Part shown: positions 37,497 through 46,911 of the stretch, one piece after another
How the letters are laid out: each line of letters begins with the position of its first letter
Position numbering within the stretch: the first letter of the stretch is position 1
Origin: an uncultured Bacteroidota bacterium
Lineage (GTDB): Bacteria; Bacteroidota; Bacteroidia; Bacteroidales; F082
Assembly (NCBI GenBank): GCA_900542475.1
Contig: UQNO01000002.1
Span: forward strand, 64,486-128,485
Direction of reading: 5' to 3'
Length of the DNA stretch: 64,000 nucleotides
Position numbers and translations under genes: made by a program
Notes under the pieces: model-generated
The model's input: only the letters and a program-made list of their open reading frames with translations
What the model was told of the DNA's origin: nothing
Database searches by the model: none

Positions 37497-37796
37497 ATGG
37501 AACGAAACTTTGAAAACTTGTACATTTGGAAGGAGTCGAGAGTCTTAATTGGGTCTATTTATAAAATGATGGATAAATGTAAAGACTACGGATTCAAAGA
37601 TCAGATTCAACGAGCAGCGGTTTCTATAATGAATAACATTGCCTAGGGACATGAATCTGGAACAGATGCTAAGTTTTTATAGTTCTTGAATATTGCAAGA
37701 GGTAGTTGTGGCGAAGTTCGTTCGATGTTGTATTTATGCGAAGACCTCGGTTTTTGCACCGTAACAGAGATAGAGAATCTCTTCAAATACAAGTAA
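37497..37796 (+). pseudogene. Four-helix-bundle protein (23S rRNA IVS-protein family) disrupted by two in-frame TAG codons
   Basis: MERNFENLYIWKESRVL...NNIA*GHESGTDAKFL*FLNIARGSCGEVRSMLYL matches the family consensus (NNIAEGF.R....F..FL.IA.GSC.E...QL) apart from the stops. Confidence 0.6.
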
Positions 37797-37987
37797 GAAA
37801 AATAACTTCAGGTATTGTAAAATTAGCAGATACTTTATCAAAGAAAAACTCCCCAAACAAATAACCTTTTTTTATATTCAGAGTCTTCGCTTCTTTGCTC
37901 ATTTTGACTCTCAGACCTATTGACTCTCAGACCCTTGGGCTTTCAGACTTTCAGCCTCTCAGCCCTTTAGACTATAAAAATAAAAAG

Positions 37988-39208
37988 ATGGCAGATTATA
38001 GTAAAACAATTGACTTTATCAAGTCGATATATGGCAATCAGGACTTTACTCCATTGGCCGTTCCTGTTTTTGCAGGTAATGAAAAGGAATATCTCAACGA
38101 GTGTATTGACACTACCTTCGTTTCATCTGTCGGTAAGTTTGTGGATCGCTTTGAGGAGGATATGGCAAAATACACAGGTGCGAAGAAAGCAGTTGTCTGT
38201 GTAAGCGGTACTAACGCTTTACACATGAGTTTGCTTCTTGTTGGTGTTAAGCAAGATGATGAGGTGCTTACCCAAGCTCTTACTTTTATTGCTACATGTA
38301 ATGCTCTAAGCTATATTGGTGCCCATGCCGTGTTTATTGATGTAGACCGTTCTACCATGGGACTCTCTCCCGACTCCCTGAGGGCATGGCTACATGCTAA
38401 CGCTGAAGTAAAAGAAGTCAAAAAGGTCAAACGGGACAAAGAGGACTGTTTCTCTTTTAGTCATTTAGACTCTTCGACTTTCTCCTGTTTTAACAAAAAT
38501 ACAGGTCGTCGTGTCAAGGCATGTGTGCCTATGCACACCTTCGGTCATCCTGTTCGCATTGATGAGATTGCTGCTATCTGTAAGGAGTGGCATATTGAAC
38601 TTGTAGAGGATGCAGCCGAGAGTATCGGCTCAACTTTCAAGGGACAGCACACTGGTACTTTTGGTAAAATTGGTGCGATTAGCTTCAATGGTAACAAGAC
38701 CATTACTACTGGTGGTGGCGGTATGATGCTCTTCAATGATGAGGAGTTGGGTGCATACGCAAAGCATATCACCACACAAGCCAAAATACCACACCGTTTG
38801 GAGTTCCGTCATGACCATATCGGTTACAATTATCGTATGCCTAATATCAATGCGGCAATGGGTTGTGCCCAGTTGGAGAATCTTGATAAGTATGTAGCCA
38901 GCAAGCGTAAGGTTGCAGCCGAATATGAGGAGTTCTTCAAGAATGTACCAGATATCGAGTTTTTCGTAGATTCTCCAGATACAGTCTCTAACTATTGGCT
39001 CAACGCCGTTATTTTGAAGGACAAGGAGGCTCAGATTGACTTCCTCACTCAGACCAATGATAATGGTGTGATGACTCGTCCTATCTGGGAATTGATGAAT
39101 CGTCTGCCGATGTTTGAAAATTGTGAGAACGATGGATTGGAGAATACTATATGGTTTGCTGATAGAGTAGTGAATATTCCAAGTTCTGTTCGTTACGGAG
39201 ATTTATAA
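37988..39208 (+). CDS. DegT/DnrJ/EryC1/StrS-family PLP-dependent sugar aminotransferase (LegC/PseC-like)
   Basis: Full-length DegT similarity. Start chosen at the internal Met (MADYSK) because the upstream 31 codons look non-coding. Contains an about 30-aa insertion (AEVKEVKKVKRDKEDCFSFSHLDSSTFSCF) before the active-site lysine region. Confidence 0.8.
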   Translation: MADYSKTIDFIKSIYGNQDFTPLAVPVFAGNEKEYLNECIDTTFVSSVGKFVDRFEEDMAKYTGAKKAVVCVSGTNALHMSLLLVGVKQDDEVLTQALTFIATCNALSYIGAHAVFIDVDRSTMGLSPDSLRAWLHANAEVKEVKKVKRDKEDCFSFSHLDSSTFSCFNKNTGRRVKACVPMHTFGHPVRIDEIAAICKEWHIELVEDAAESIGSTFKGQHTGTFGKIGAISFNGNKTITTGGGGMMLFNDEELGAYAKHITTQAKIPHRLEFRHDHIGYNYRMPNINAAMGCAQLENLDKYVASKRKVAAEYEEFFKNVPDIEFFVDSPDTVSNYWLNAVILKDKEAQIDFLTQTNDNGVMTRPIWELMNRLPMFENCENDGLENTIWFADRVVNIPSSVRYGDL

Positions 39209-39210
39209 AA

Positions 39211-40461
39211 ATGAATGCTTTATTAAGATTTACAATAGAAAATTTCCGTTCTTTTGCTGAGCGGAAATCTCTAGTTTTAAGCCATGCGCCATTAAACGAG
39301 AATAGCACATCGCTGCCTTTTTTGAGGGTTTGTGCTTTGTATGGTGCTAATTCTAGTGGAAAAAGTAATTTGGTTAATGCCTTAGCAAGGATGAGATATA
39401 TCATTCTGAATTCTGTTAAGGTTAATGATGGTGAAGATTTAGAATATGAACCTTTTTTGTTAAGTGATAAGAAAAATGAGCCGACGCTTTATGAATTAGA
39501 ATTTGTTTTGTCAGACAAACATTATAGATATGGTTTTTCGAACGATTCTAAAAGGATAGTGCAAGAATGGCTATATTGCATTAATCCTAACAGTTTAGAA
39601 ATCCCTCTTTTTATTCGTGATCAAGAAGATATTGGTGTAAGTGAGAAGGATTTTCCAGAAGGAGTAGATATGGAAGAGAGAACAAATGATAATCGTCTTT
39701 TCTTATCTCTTGTTGCTCAGTTAGGTGGCTCTTTGTCTAAAAAGATTATTAGTTTTTTCTCTAAGTCTATCAATATCCTTTCTGGACTAGAAACTGATGA
39801 TTATCTGACGTTTTCTGCTCGAATGCTTAAGGAGGAAAAGACCGTTGCATCGTTGATGAAGAACTTCTTTAATAGAGTGCAATTAGGTTTTTCTGATTTA
39901 ACAACACGCACACAAGACTTTGACGCTAAATCTCTTCCTCATGATATGCCTGAAGAATTAAAGAATTTACTTGTCTCTAATTTAACAGGGAAAAAAAGTG
40001 TTTCTATATTTTCTGTTCACGGATGTTATGATTCTGAAGGAAAAGTTTTAGAAAATCGATCTTTTCCTTTTGATAAGATGGAGTCTGAAGGTACCAAAAA
40101 ACTGTTTGAGATTTCAGGTCCAATCTTTGATACTTTATTAGAAGGGAAAATTCTGTTTGTTGACGAACTTGATGCAAAAATGCATCCTCTCTTATCTCGA
40201 GAATTAGTTAGATTGTTTACCGATGAATCTACAAATTCCAAGGGGGCTCAATTGATTTTTACCACTCATGATACAAATCTTCTTTCATCTAATCTTTTGA
40301 ATAGTAATGAAGTTTGGTTTACAGAAAAAGACCAACAAGAACGTTCTGATCTTTATTGCTTGAATGATATTAGGTACTTGGATGGAAGCAGGATGGAAGA
40401 GACTGAATTGATGGAACATAATTACATTCAGGGGCGTTATGGTGCAATACCATATTTGTAG
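39211..40461 (+). CDS. AAA-family ATPase (AAA15/OLD-like, RloA-type partner of RloB)
   Basis: Walker A GANSSGKSN and a C-terminal ATPase lid (LFVDELDAKMHP). The ATG lies 3 nt after the degT stop. Confidence 0.7.
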   Translation: MNALLRFTIENFRSFAERKSLVLSHAPLNENSTSLPFLRVCALYGANSSGKSNLVNALARMRYIILNSVKVNDGEDLEYEPFLLSDKKNEPTLYELEFVLSDKHYRYGFSNDSKRIVQEWLYCINPNSLEIPLFIRDQEDIGVSEKDFPEGVDMEERTNDNRLFLSLVAQLGGSLSKKIISFFSKSINILSGLETDDYLTFSARMLKEEKTVASLMKNFFNRVQLGFSDLTTRTQDFDAKSLPHDMPEELKNLLVSNLTGKKSVSIFSVHGCYDSEGKVLENRSFPFDKMESEGTKKLFEISGPIFDTLLEGKILFVDELDAKMHPLLSRELVRLFTDESTNSKGAQLIFTTHDTNLLSSNLLNSNEVWFTEKDQQERSDLYCLNDIRYLDGSRMEETELMEHNYIQGRYGAIPYL

Positions 40462-40472
40462 AAATATGTGAT

Positions 40473-41222
40473 ATGGCGAAGAAAAAGAATATAACAGAAA
40501 TGAAATATCTTTCTGTTTTCAATCAAAATGAAGATCAAACAAATGCGCATAAAGTAAAGTGTCGAGTGCTCATAGTTTGTGAAGGATTAAAAACAGAACC
40601 AAATTATTTTAAATCGTTTCATATGATGGAAAATAGTGGCGGTTTGGTTTTTGAGATAACTAGTGCGGGTGGTGGTATTAATACTATTCAAGTTGTTCAA
40701 AAGGCGATAGAATTGCGTGATAAAGCTGTTTGTGATAAAAAGCCATACGATGTTACTTGGGCTGTGTTTGATAGAGACAGTTTTGCTGCTGCTGATTTTG
40801 ATAATGCTATACATATGGCAGATTCAAATGACATACGTTGTGCTTGAAGTAATGAGGCTTTTGAATTGTGGTATATTTATCATTTTGAAAACAGAATAAC
40901 GCCAATGTCTCGTAAGGAATATGCGCATAAGATAACAACCTTAGTTCAAGAAAAACAGAAATTAAAAGCAGGTAAAAAGTCTACTTTCGTTTATAAAAAA
41001 AATGATCCGGAAATGCGATCAATTTTGCTTGGTTGTGGCTGTAATGAACAACGAGCTATTCGTTGGGCTAAAGAACAAAGTGAGTCTTTCGATGCGCAAG
41101 ATTATCATTCACATAATCCTTGTACAAAGGTTTATGAACTTGTCGAACTTTTGCTTGGAGAAGACAAAGTTTTTAATGAGAAAATTAGAGCAATAATGAC
41201 TAAAAGAGGATGTAAGCAATGA
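40473..41222 (+). pseudogene. RloB-like protein interrupted by a single in-frame TGA (TGG to TGA at the conserved W of the AWSN motif)
   Basis: Two same-frame ORFs (40473-40847 and 40866-41222). The junction reads IRCA*SNEAFELWYIYHFE, against the RloB consensus IxxAWSNPCFELWLLLHFE. Confidence 0.6.
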
Positions 41223-41860
41223 AACGTCCATTAATTCTTATCGGTGGCGGAGGTCATTGCAAATCTGTGATTGAAATCACTGAAAGTGCAGGCTATGAAA
41301 TCAAGGGAATCCTTGATATGCCAGATGAAGTTGGAAAGGAGGTTCTTCCTGGTCATAAGGTAATAGGCTCTGACAATAATATTCCTCAATATGTTGAAGA
41401 ATGTGATTTTGTCATTACTGTTGGCTTCATCAAAAATCCAGCACTTCGAATCAAACTATATAATAAGGTAAAGGAGGCAGGAGGAAAGTTAGCAACTATT
41501 GTAGCCTCTACCGCCCATGTAAGCAAATATGCCAAAGTTGGCGAGGGTACTGTCATTATGCATCATGCGTTCGTTAATGCTGATGCTAAGATTGGTGATA
41601 ATTGCATTATCAATACTTTCGTTGATATAGAACATGATGCAGAGGTCGGTAATCAATGCCATATTTCAACAGGAACCATGGTAAATGGAGAGTGTAAGAT
41701 AGGAGATAATTGCTTTATCGGTTCTCAATCCGTTTGTGTCAATTGTATCGAAATCGCCTCTGATATTATCGTGGGAGCAGGTTCTGTGGTTCGTAAGTCT
41801 TTACTTACAAAGGGAATTTATACAGGTAATCCTGCCATCCTTAAAATTAAAGCAAAATAG
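41219..41860 (+). CDS. Hexapeptide-repeat sugar N-acetyltransferase (PglD/NeuD/LegH-like)
   Basis: N-terminal LILIGGGGHCKSV Rossmann-like motif plus a left-handed beta-helix. Confidence 0.8.
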   Translation: MKRPLILIGGGGHCKSVIEITESAGYEIKGILDMPDEVGKEVLPGHKVIGSDNNIPQYVEECDFVITVGFIKNPALRIKLYNKVKEAGGKLATIVASTAHVSKYAKVGEGTVIMHHAFVNADAKIGDNCIINTFVDIEHDAEVGNQCHISTGTMVNGECKIGDNCFIGSQSVCVNCIEIASDIIVGAGSVVRKSLLTKGIYTGNPAILKIKAK

Positions 41861-41861
41861 T

Positions 41862-42872
41862 ATGAACAACCATACATTGATTATAGCCGAAGCAGGTGTA
41901 AACCATAATGGCTCCTTGGATATAGCCAAGCAGCTTATTGATGCTGCTGTAGATGCAGGAGTGGATATTATAAAATTCCAAACCTTCAAGGCTGACAAGC
42001 TTGTATCTAAAGATGCCAAGAAGGCAGAATATCAAAAGAATAATATTGGTGACGGTGATGATTCTCAATACCAGATGCTCAAGAAATTGGAGTTGTCTGA
42101 TGAAGACCATCAAGAACTTGTTGCCTATTGTCGCCAGAAAGGTATCCGTTTTTGGTCAACAGCTTTTGATTTGGAAAGCATCGATTTCTTGCATTCTCTT
42201 GGTTTGGGACTTTGGAAAATACCATCTGGTGAAATTACTAACTATCCATTCATCAAGAAAATTGCTCTTCTTCATGAGCCGGTCATCATGTCCACCGGAA
42301 TGTGCGATGAAGAAGATATCAGGAATGCGATGGAAGTATTGTTGAAGAATGGTTTGACGAAAGACCAAATCATAATCTTGCATTGCAATACTCAGTATCC
42401 TACGCCGATAGAGGACGTCAACTTGAAAGCGATGCTCACTATCAAAGATGACTTTGGCACAATAGTAGGTTATTCTGACCATACACAAGGAATAGAAGTA
42501 CCTATTGCTGCTGTTGCTCTTGGAGCACAAGTAATAGAAAAGCACTTTACACTTGATAGAAATATGGTTGGACCTGACCACAAGGCATCATTAGAGCCAC
42601 ATGAATTAAAAGCGATGGTAAAAGCCATTCGTAATATAGAACAAGCTTTGGGTACGGGAATAAAGCAGGTGTCTGATTCAGAACGTGCTAATATTGAAGT
42701 TGCCCGTAAGAGTATTGTGGCAAGTACCTCTATTAAGAAAGGTGAAACATTGTCTGATAATAACTTGGCTGTAAAACGTCCTGGTACTGGTATTTCACCT
42801 ATGCGCTGGGAAGATGTTGTAGGTAAAAAAGCAATTAAAGATTATCAACCAGACGAACAAATACTATTATGA
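41862..42872 (+). CDS. neuB: Nonulosonic acid synthase (NeuB/LegI family, PEP-condensing) with C-terminal SAF domain
   Basis: IIAEAGVNHNGSLD...IKFQTF motif. Start set at MNNHTLII (41862) rather than the track start, which overlaps the upstream gene. Confidence 0.85.
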   Translation: MNNHTLIIAEAGVNHNGSLDIAKQLIDAAVDAGVDIIKFQTFKADKLVSKDAKKAEYQKNNIGDGDDSQYQMLKKLELSDEDHQELVAYCRQKGIRFWSTAFDLESIDFLHSLGLGLWKIPSGEITNYPFIKKIALLHEPVIMSTGMCDEEDIRNAMEVLLKNGLTKDQIIILHCNTQYPTPIEDVNLKAMLTIKDDFGTIVGYSDHTQGIEVPIAAVALGAQVIEKHFTLDRNMVGPDHKASLEPHELKAMVKAIRNIEQALGTGIKQVSDSERANIEVARKSIVASTSIKKGETLSDNNLAVKRPGTGISPMRWEDVVGKKAIKDYQPDEQILL

Positions 42873-44023
42873 GAAAGATTTGTTTTGTAACGGGCACTCG
42901 TGCAGAATATGGCTTATTGAGTCGTTTAATGAGATTAGTCAAGGATGATGAAGATATGCAGCTTCAAGTCATAGCCACTAATATGCACCTGATGCCTGAA
43001 TATGGAGAAACTTATAAAGAGATAGAGAAAGATGGATTTACTATAGATAAAAAGGTCTATATGCATAAACCATCTGATGATGCCCATGGCATTATTTCAT
43101 CAATGGCAGAAGAGATGCAAGGCATGAATGATGCATTGTCAGAGCTTAAGCCCGATATTCTCGTACTATTAGGTGATAGATATGAGATTCTTGTTGCTGC
43201 ACAGGTAGCGTTGATTCATCGTATTCCAATCGCTCATATTCATGGTGGGGAAGTTACTGAAGGTGCATTTGATGATGCTATTCGTCATTCTGTGACCAAG
43301 ATGTCTTCATTGCATTTTACCTCTTGTGAAGAATATCGCCATCGTGTTATTCAACTGGGAGAACAACCATCAAGAGTTTTTAATGTAGGGGCTCTTGGTG
43401 TGGAAAACATCAAGAAGTTCCCGCTGATGAGCAAAACGGAAGTGGAGGAATCTGTCAACTTTAAGTTAGATGAGAACACCATCCTTGTTACTTACCATCC
43501 TGTAACTTTAGGAGAGCATACCACAGAAAAGGACATCAAAGAGTTTATTGCAGCATTGGAAGAGCGCAAGAATTTGAGAGTGTTCTTCACTATGCCTAAC
43601 TCTGATACTGGTTCGCAGGCTATTGTAGATGCTATCAATGAGTTTGTTGCAAACAATGCTGACAGATCCATTGCTTATAAGTCACTTGGCATTAAGCGTT
43701 ACCTCTCTGTGATGAAATATACAGGAGCCGTGGTTGGTAACTCTTCCAGCGGCTTGCTGGAAGTCCCTTCGTTTTGCATTCCCACATTGAATATAGGTGA
43801 CCGCCAGAAGGGTAGAATGGCAGCAGACAGTGTGTATAACTGTGAGACTGATAAAGAATCCATCCTGAAAGGTTTAGAAGTGACTATGTCACCAGCTTTT
43901 AAGAAGAAGGCAGCAGAAACTCATAATCCTTACGAGAAAGCGAATACAGCGGAGGAAATCTTTGAGGTGATAAGCACCTATCCATTGGAACAACTAAAAC
44001 AAAAGCAATTTTATAATTTATAG
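42869..44023 (+). CDS. neuC: UDP-/GDP-N-acetylhexosamine 2-epimerase (hydrolysing), NeuC/LegG family
   Basis: ICFVTGTRAEYG N-terminus and full-length NeuC similarity. Confidence 0.85.
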   Translation: MRKICFVTGTRAEYGLLSRLMRLVKDDEDMQLQVIATNMHLMPEYGETYKEIEKDGFTIDKKVYMHKPSDDAHGIISSMAEEMQGMNDALSELKPDILVLLGDRYEILVAAQVALIHRIPIAHIHGGEVTEGAFDDAIRHSVTKMSSLHFTSCEEYRHRVIQLGEQPSRVFNVGALGVENIKKFPLMSKTEVEESVNFKLDENTILVTYHPVTLGEHTTEKDIKEFIAALEERKNLRVFFTMPNSDTGSQAIVDAINEFVANNADRSIAYKSLGIKRYLSVMKYTGAVVGNSSSGLLEVPSFCIPTLNIGDRQKGRMAADSVYNCETDKESILKGLEVTMSPAFKKKAAETHNPYEKANTAEEIFEVISTYPLEQLKQKQFYNL

Positions 44024-44028
44024 TTTTT

Positions 44029-44751
44029 ATGTACAAAGGCAAAAGAATTTTGGCCATTATTCCTGCACGTGGGGGTAGTAAAGGTCTTCCTGGAAAAAAC
44101 ATACGTGAATTGTGTGGCAAACCGCTCATCGCATGGTCTATTGAACATGCCCAGAAGAGCAAGTATGTAGATGAGATTTTTATCTCGACCGATAGCCAGG
44201 AAATAGCAAATGTGGCAGAGAAGTATGGCGCACCTTGCCCTGAACTCCGTCCTGCTGAACTGGCCCGTGACACTGCTCCTTCTTCGGAGTTTATTGTTTA
44301 TACGCTGAATAAGATGAAGAATGAAAACAAGCCGTTTGACTACTTCATCTTGTTGGAACCTACCTCACCGCTGCGTGATGTTGAAGATGTGGACAAGTCC
44401 ATTGAAATGCTTATTGACAGCCCAGAAAGTGAGAGTTGTGTAGGTGTTGCCATGTCTGGCACTGTTCACCCTGCATTTATGGTTGTTAAAGATGAAAACG
44501 GCTACTTGAAAGCCCTTATGCCTGACAAATCTACATTGAGAAGGCAGGATCTTCCGGATGTGTATTTCTTTGAGGGCAGTGTTTATGTGAGTAGCGTTGA
44601 TGCATATCTCCAGAAACGCACCTTCTATCACGATAAGACCCTTCCTTTTGTAGTGCCTGAATGGAAGAGCTACGAGGTGGACGACTTTGTGGATTTTACT
44701 ATCATTGAAGCAATTATGAAACTTAAGTTAAATGGATATTTTAATAAATAA
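44029..44751 (+). CDS. neuA: Acylneuraminate (nonulosonate) cytidylyltransferase, NeuA/LegF family
   Basis: ILAIIPARGGSKGLPGKN motif. Confidence 0.85.
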   Translation: MYKGKRILAIIPARGGSKGLPGKNIRELCGKPLIAWSIEHAQKSKYVDEIFISTDSQEIANVAEKYGAPCPELRPAELARDTAPSSEFIVYTLNKMKNENKPFDYFILLEPTSPLRDVEDVDKSIEMLIDSPESESCVGVAMSGTVHPAFMVVKDENGYLKALMPDKSTLRRQDLPDVYFFEGSVYVSSVDAYLQKRTFYHDKTLPFVVPEWKSYEVDDFVDFTIIEAIMKLKLNGYFNK

Positions 44752-44759
44752 ACAATATT

Positions 44760-46091
44760 ATGGTTAAGATTGAACTTACGAAGACTGGTAAAAGTCAGCT
44801 CCTTTACAAGGAAGCTAAGAAGATCATCCCAGGAGGTTGCCAACTGTTGTCAAAGAGACCCGAAAAGTTTGTTCCCGAATACTGGCCTGCTTATTATTCA
44901 AAGGCTAAAGGATGCAAGGTTTGGGATCTTGATGGAAACGAGTATCTTGATTTTAGTACGATGGGCATTGGTGCTTGCACAATTGGCTATGCTGACGAGG
45001 AGATAGACAATGCTGTAAAGGCTGCTATTGACAATGGCAGTATGTGTTCGCTGATGGTTCCTGAAGAGGTTGAACTGGCAGAACTACTACTGGAGCTTCA
45101 TCCTTGGGCTGACATGGTTCGCTACGGTAAGGGTGGCGGTGATGCCATGGCCGTTGCCGTGCGTATTGCCCGTGCTGCCACCAAGAAGGATATTATACTC
45201 TTCAGTGGTTATCACGGCTGGCACGACTGGTATCTTTCTGCCAACCTTGCAGATAATGCCGCTCTTGATGGTCAGCTGATGGCTGGTCTTAGTCCAGTTG
45301 GTGTTGCTCGTGGTCTTAAAGGTACCTCTAAACCTTTCTACTACAATAACAAACAGGAGTTCCTTGAGCTAATCAATACATACGGTGATCAGATTGGTGG
45401 TGTTGTTCTGGAAGCTGCCAGAAACATGACTCCTGAGACTGACTTCTTTACTGCAATTGAACACGAAACCCGGCGTCTTGGTGTACCTCTCATCATTGAT
45501 GAGGTTACCAGTGGTTTCCGTATGAACTGTGGTGGTGCTTGCGAATATTTTGGCATCCATCCTGATATGGCAGTATTTGCCAAGGGTATGGGTAACGGCT
45601 ATCCTATTGCTGCCATCATTGGTAAGGAAAAGTTCATGGATGCAGCCCAAGAGAGTTTTATCAGCTCTACTTTCTGGACAGAGCGTGTTGGTTTTGCTGC
45701 TGCAATCGCTACTATTAAGAAGATGAAGCGTGAGAAGGTACAAGACCACATGGTGGCTTGCGGTAAGCAGGTACAGGAAGGCTGGACTAACCTTGCCAAG
45801 AAGCATTGCCTTGATATCCATATCAGCGGGATCTATCCGCTCAGTCACATCTCCTTCACGGCTGCACCTGGTGAGCTAAAAACTCTGTTCACGCAGGAAA
45901 TGCTGAGGAGGGGATTTATTGCCAGCGATGCTTACTATGCAAGCTTTGCTCATAAGGAAGAACACATGGTTAAGTATCTGGAGGCAGTAGATGAGGTGTT
46001 TGCACTGATGGCAAAGGCTGTTAAGGAAGGCAACTACAAACAGTTGCTCCTTGGCCCTGTTGCTCACGGTGGTTTCGTTCGTCTTGCCTAA
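44760..46091 (+). CDS. Class-III PLP aminotransferase (glutamate-1-semialdehyde aminomutase-like)
   Basis: GSA-AT-like fold with VFAKGMGNGYP lysine region. Confidence 0.75.
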   Translation: MVKIELTKTGKSQLLYKEAKKIIPGGCQLLSKRPEKFVPEYWPAYYSKAKGCKVWDLDGNEYLDFSTMGIGACTIGYADEEIDNAVKAAIDNGSMCSLMVPEEVELAELLLELHPWADMVRYGKGGGDAMAVAVRIARAATKKDIILFSGYHGWHDWYLSANLADNAALDGQLMAGLSPVGVARGLKGTSKPFYYNNKQEFLELINTYGDQIGGVVLEAARNMTPETDFFTAIEHETRRLGVPLIIDEVTSGFRMNCGGACEYFGIHPDMAVFAKGMGNGYPIAAIIGKEKFMDAAQESFISSTFWTERVGFAAAIATIKKMKREKVQDHMVACGKQVQEGWTNLAKKHCLDIHISGIYPLSHISFTAAPGELKTLFTQEMLRRGFIASDAYYASFAHKEEHMVKYLEAVDEVFALMAKAVKEGNYKQLLLGPVAHGGFVRLA

Positions 46092-46154
46092 ATAACCATT
46101 GTCTGGTGGCGGCTGACCCAGCCGCCACCAGATACCAATCAAATTCTTGGAGTT

Positions 46155-46889
46155 ATGCTTAGTAATAAAGTAGTCATTATTATTGGTGGCGGTGGCCTTA
46201 TAGGTAGAGAAATAGTAAAGGATGCCTTTAAGAAACATGCCATGGTGGTTAATTGCGACATCGCGTTTGACACAGACTGGGAAAAAGGAACCTATCATTT
46301 GGATGTGACCTCAACAGAAGCAATTGACAAGCTCATTGTTGATGTAGTTGAGAAATATGGCTGCATTGACGGTCTCGTTAATAGTGGTTATCCTCGCACA
46401 AAGGACTGGGGTGTATTCTTTGAGGATATTCCCCTTGAGTCCTGGCGTAAGAATGTGGAGTGGCAGTTGAACAGTTGTTTCTATATTTGCCAGAAGACAT
46501 TGGAGGTGATGAAGAAGCAAAAATTCGGTTCCATTGTGAACTTTGGCTCTATCTATGGTGTGGTAGGTAACGATTTCACCATCTATGAAGGTTATGGCGG
46601 AACTTCACCCGCGGCCTATCCTGCCATCAAGGGCGGTATCATCAATTTCTCCCGCTACCTTGCCTCTTATTTTGGCAAGTACGGCATTCGCGTGAATGTG
46701 GTTTCGCCTGGCGGCATTATTGACAAACAGCATCCATCTTTTATTGAACGCTATAGTGAAAAATCACCCCTGAAGCGTCTTGGGAAACCGGAGGAGGTTG
46801 CACCTGCTGTCAGTTTCCTTTTGTCCGATGAAGCTTCGTTTATTACAGGCCATAACCTGATGGTGGATGGTGGTTGGACTGCCATTTGA
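46155..46889 (+). CDS. SDR-family oxidoreductase (PtmA-like)
   Basis: GGGGLIG cofactor motif and a YxxxK catalytic dyad. Confidence 0.8.
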   Translation: MLSNKVVIIIGGGGLIGREIVKDAFKKHAMVVNCDIAFDTDWEKGTYHLDVTSTEAIDKLIVDVVEKYGCIDGLVNSGYPRTKDWGVFFEDIPLESWRKNVEWQLNSCFYICQKTLEVMKKQKFGSIVNFGSIYGVVGNDFTIYEGYGGTSPAAYPAIKGGIINFSRYLASYFGKYGIRVNVVSPGGIIDKQHPSFIERYSEKSPLKRLGKPEEVAPAVSFLLSDEASFITGHNLMVDGGWTAI

Positions 46890-46911
46890 TGCTTTAAGAA
46901 AAAATGATGAG

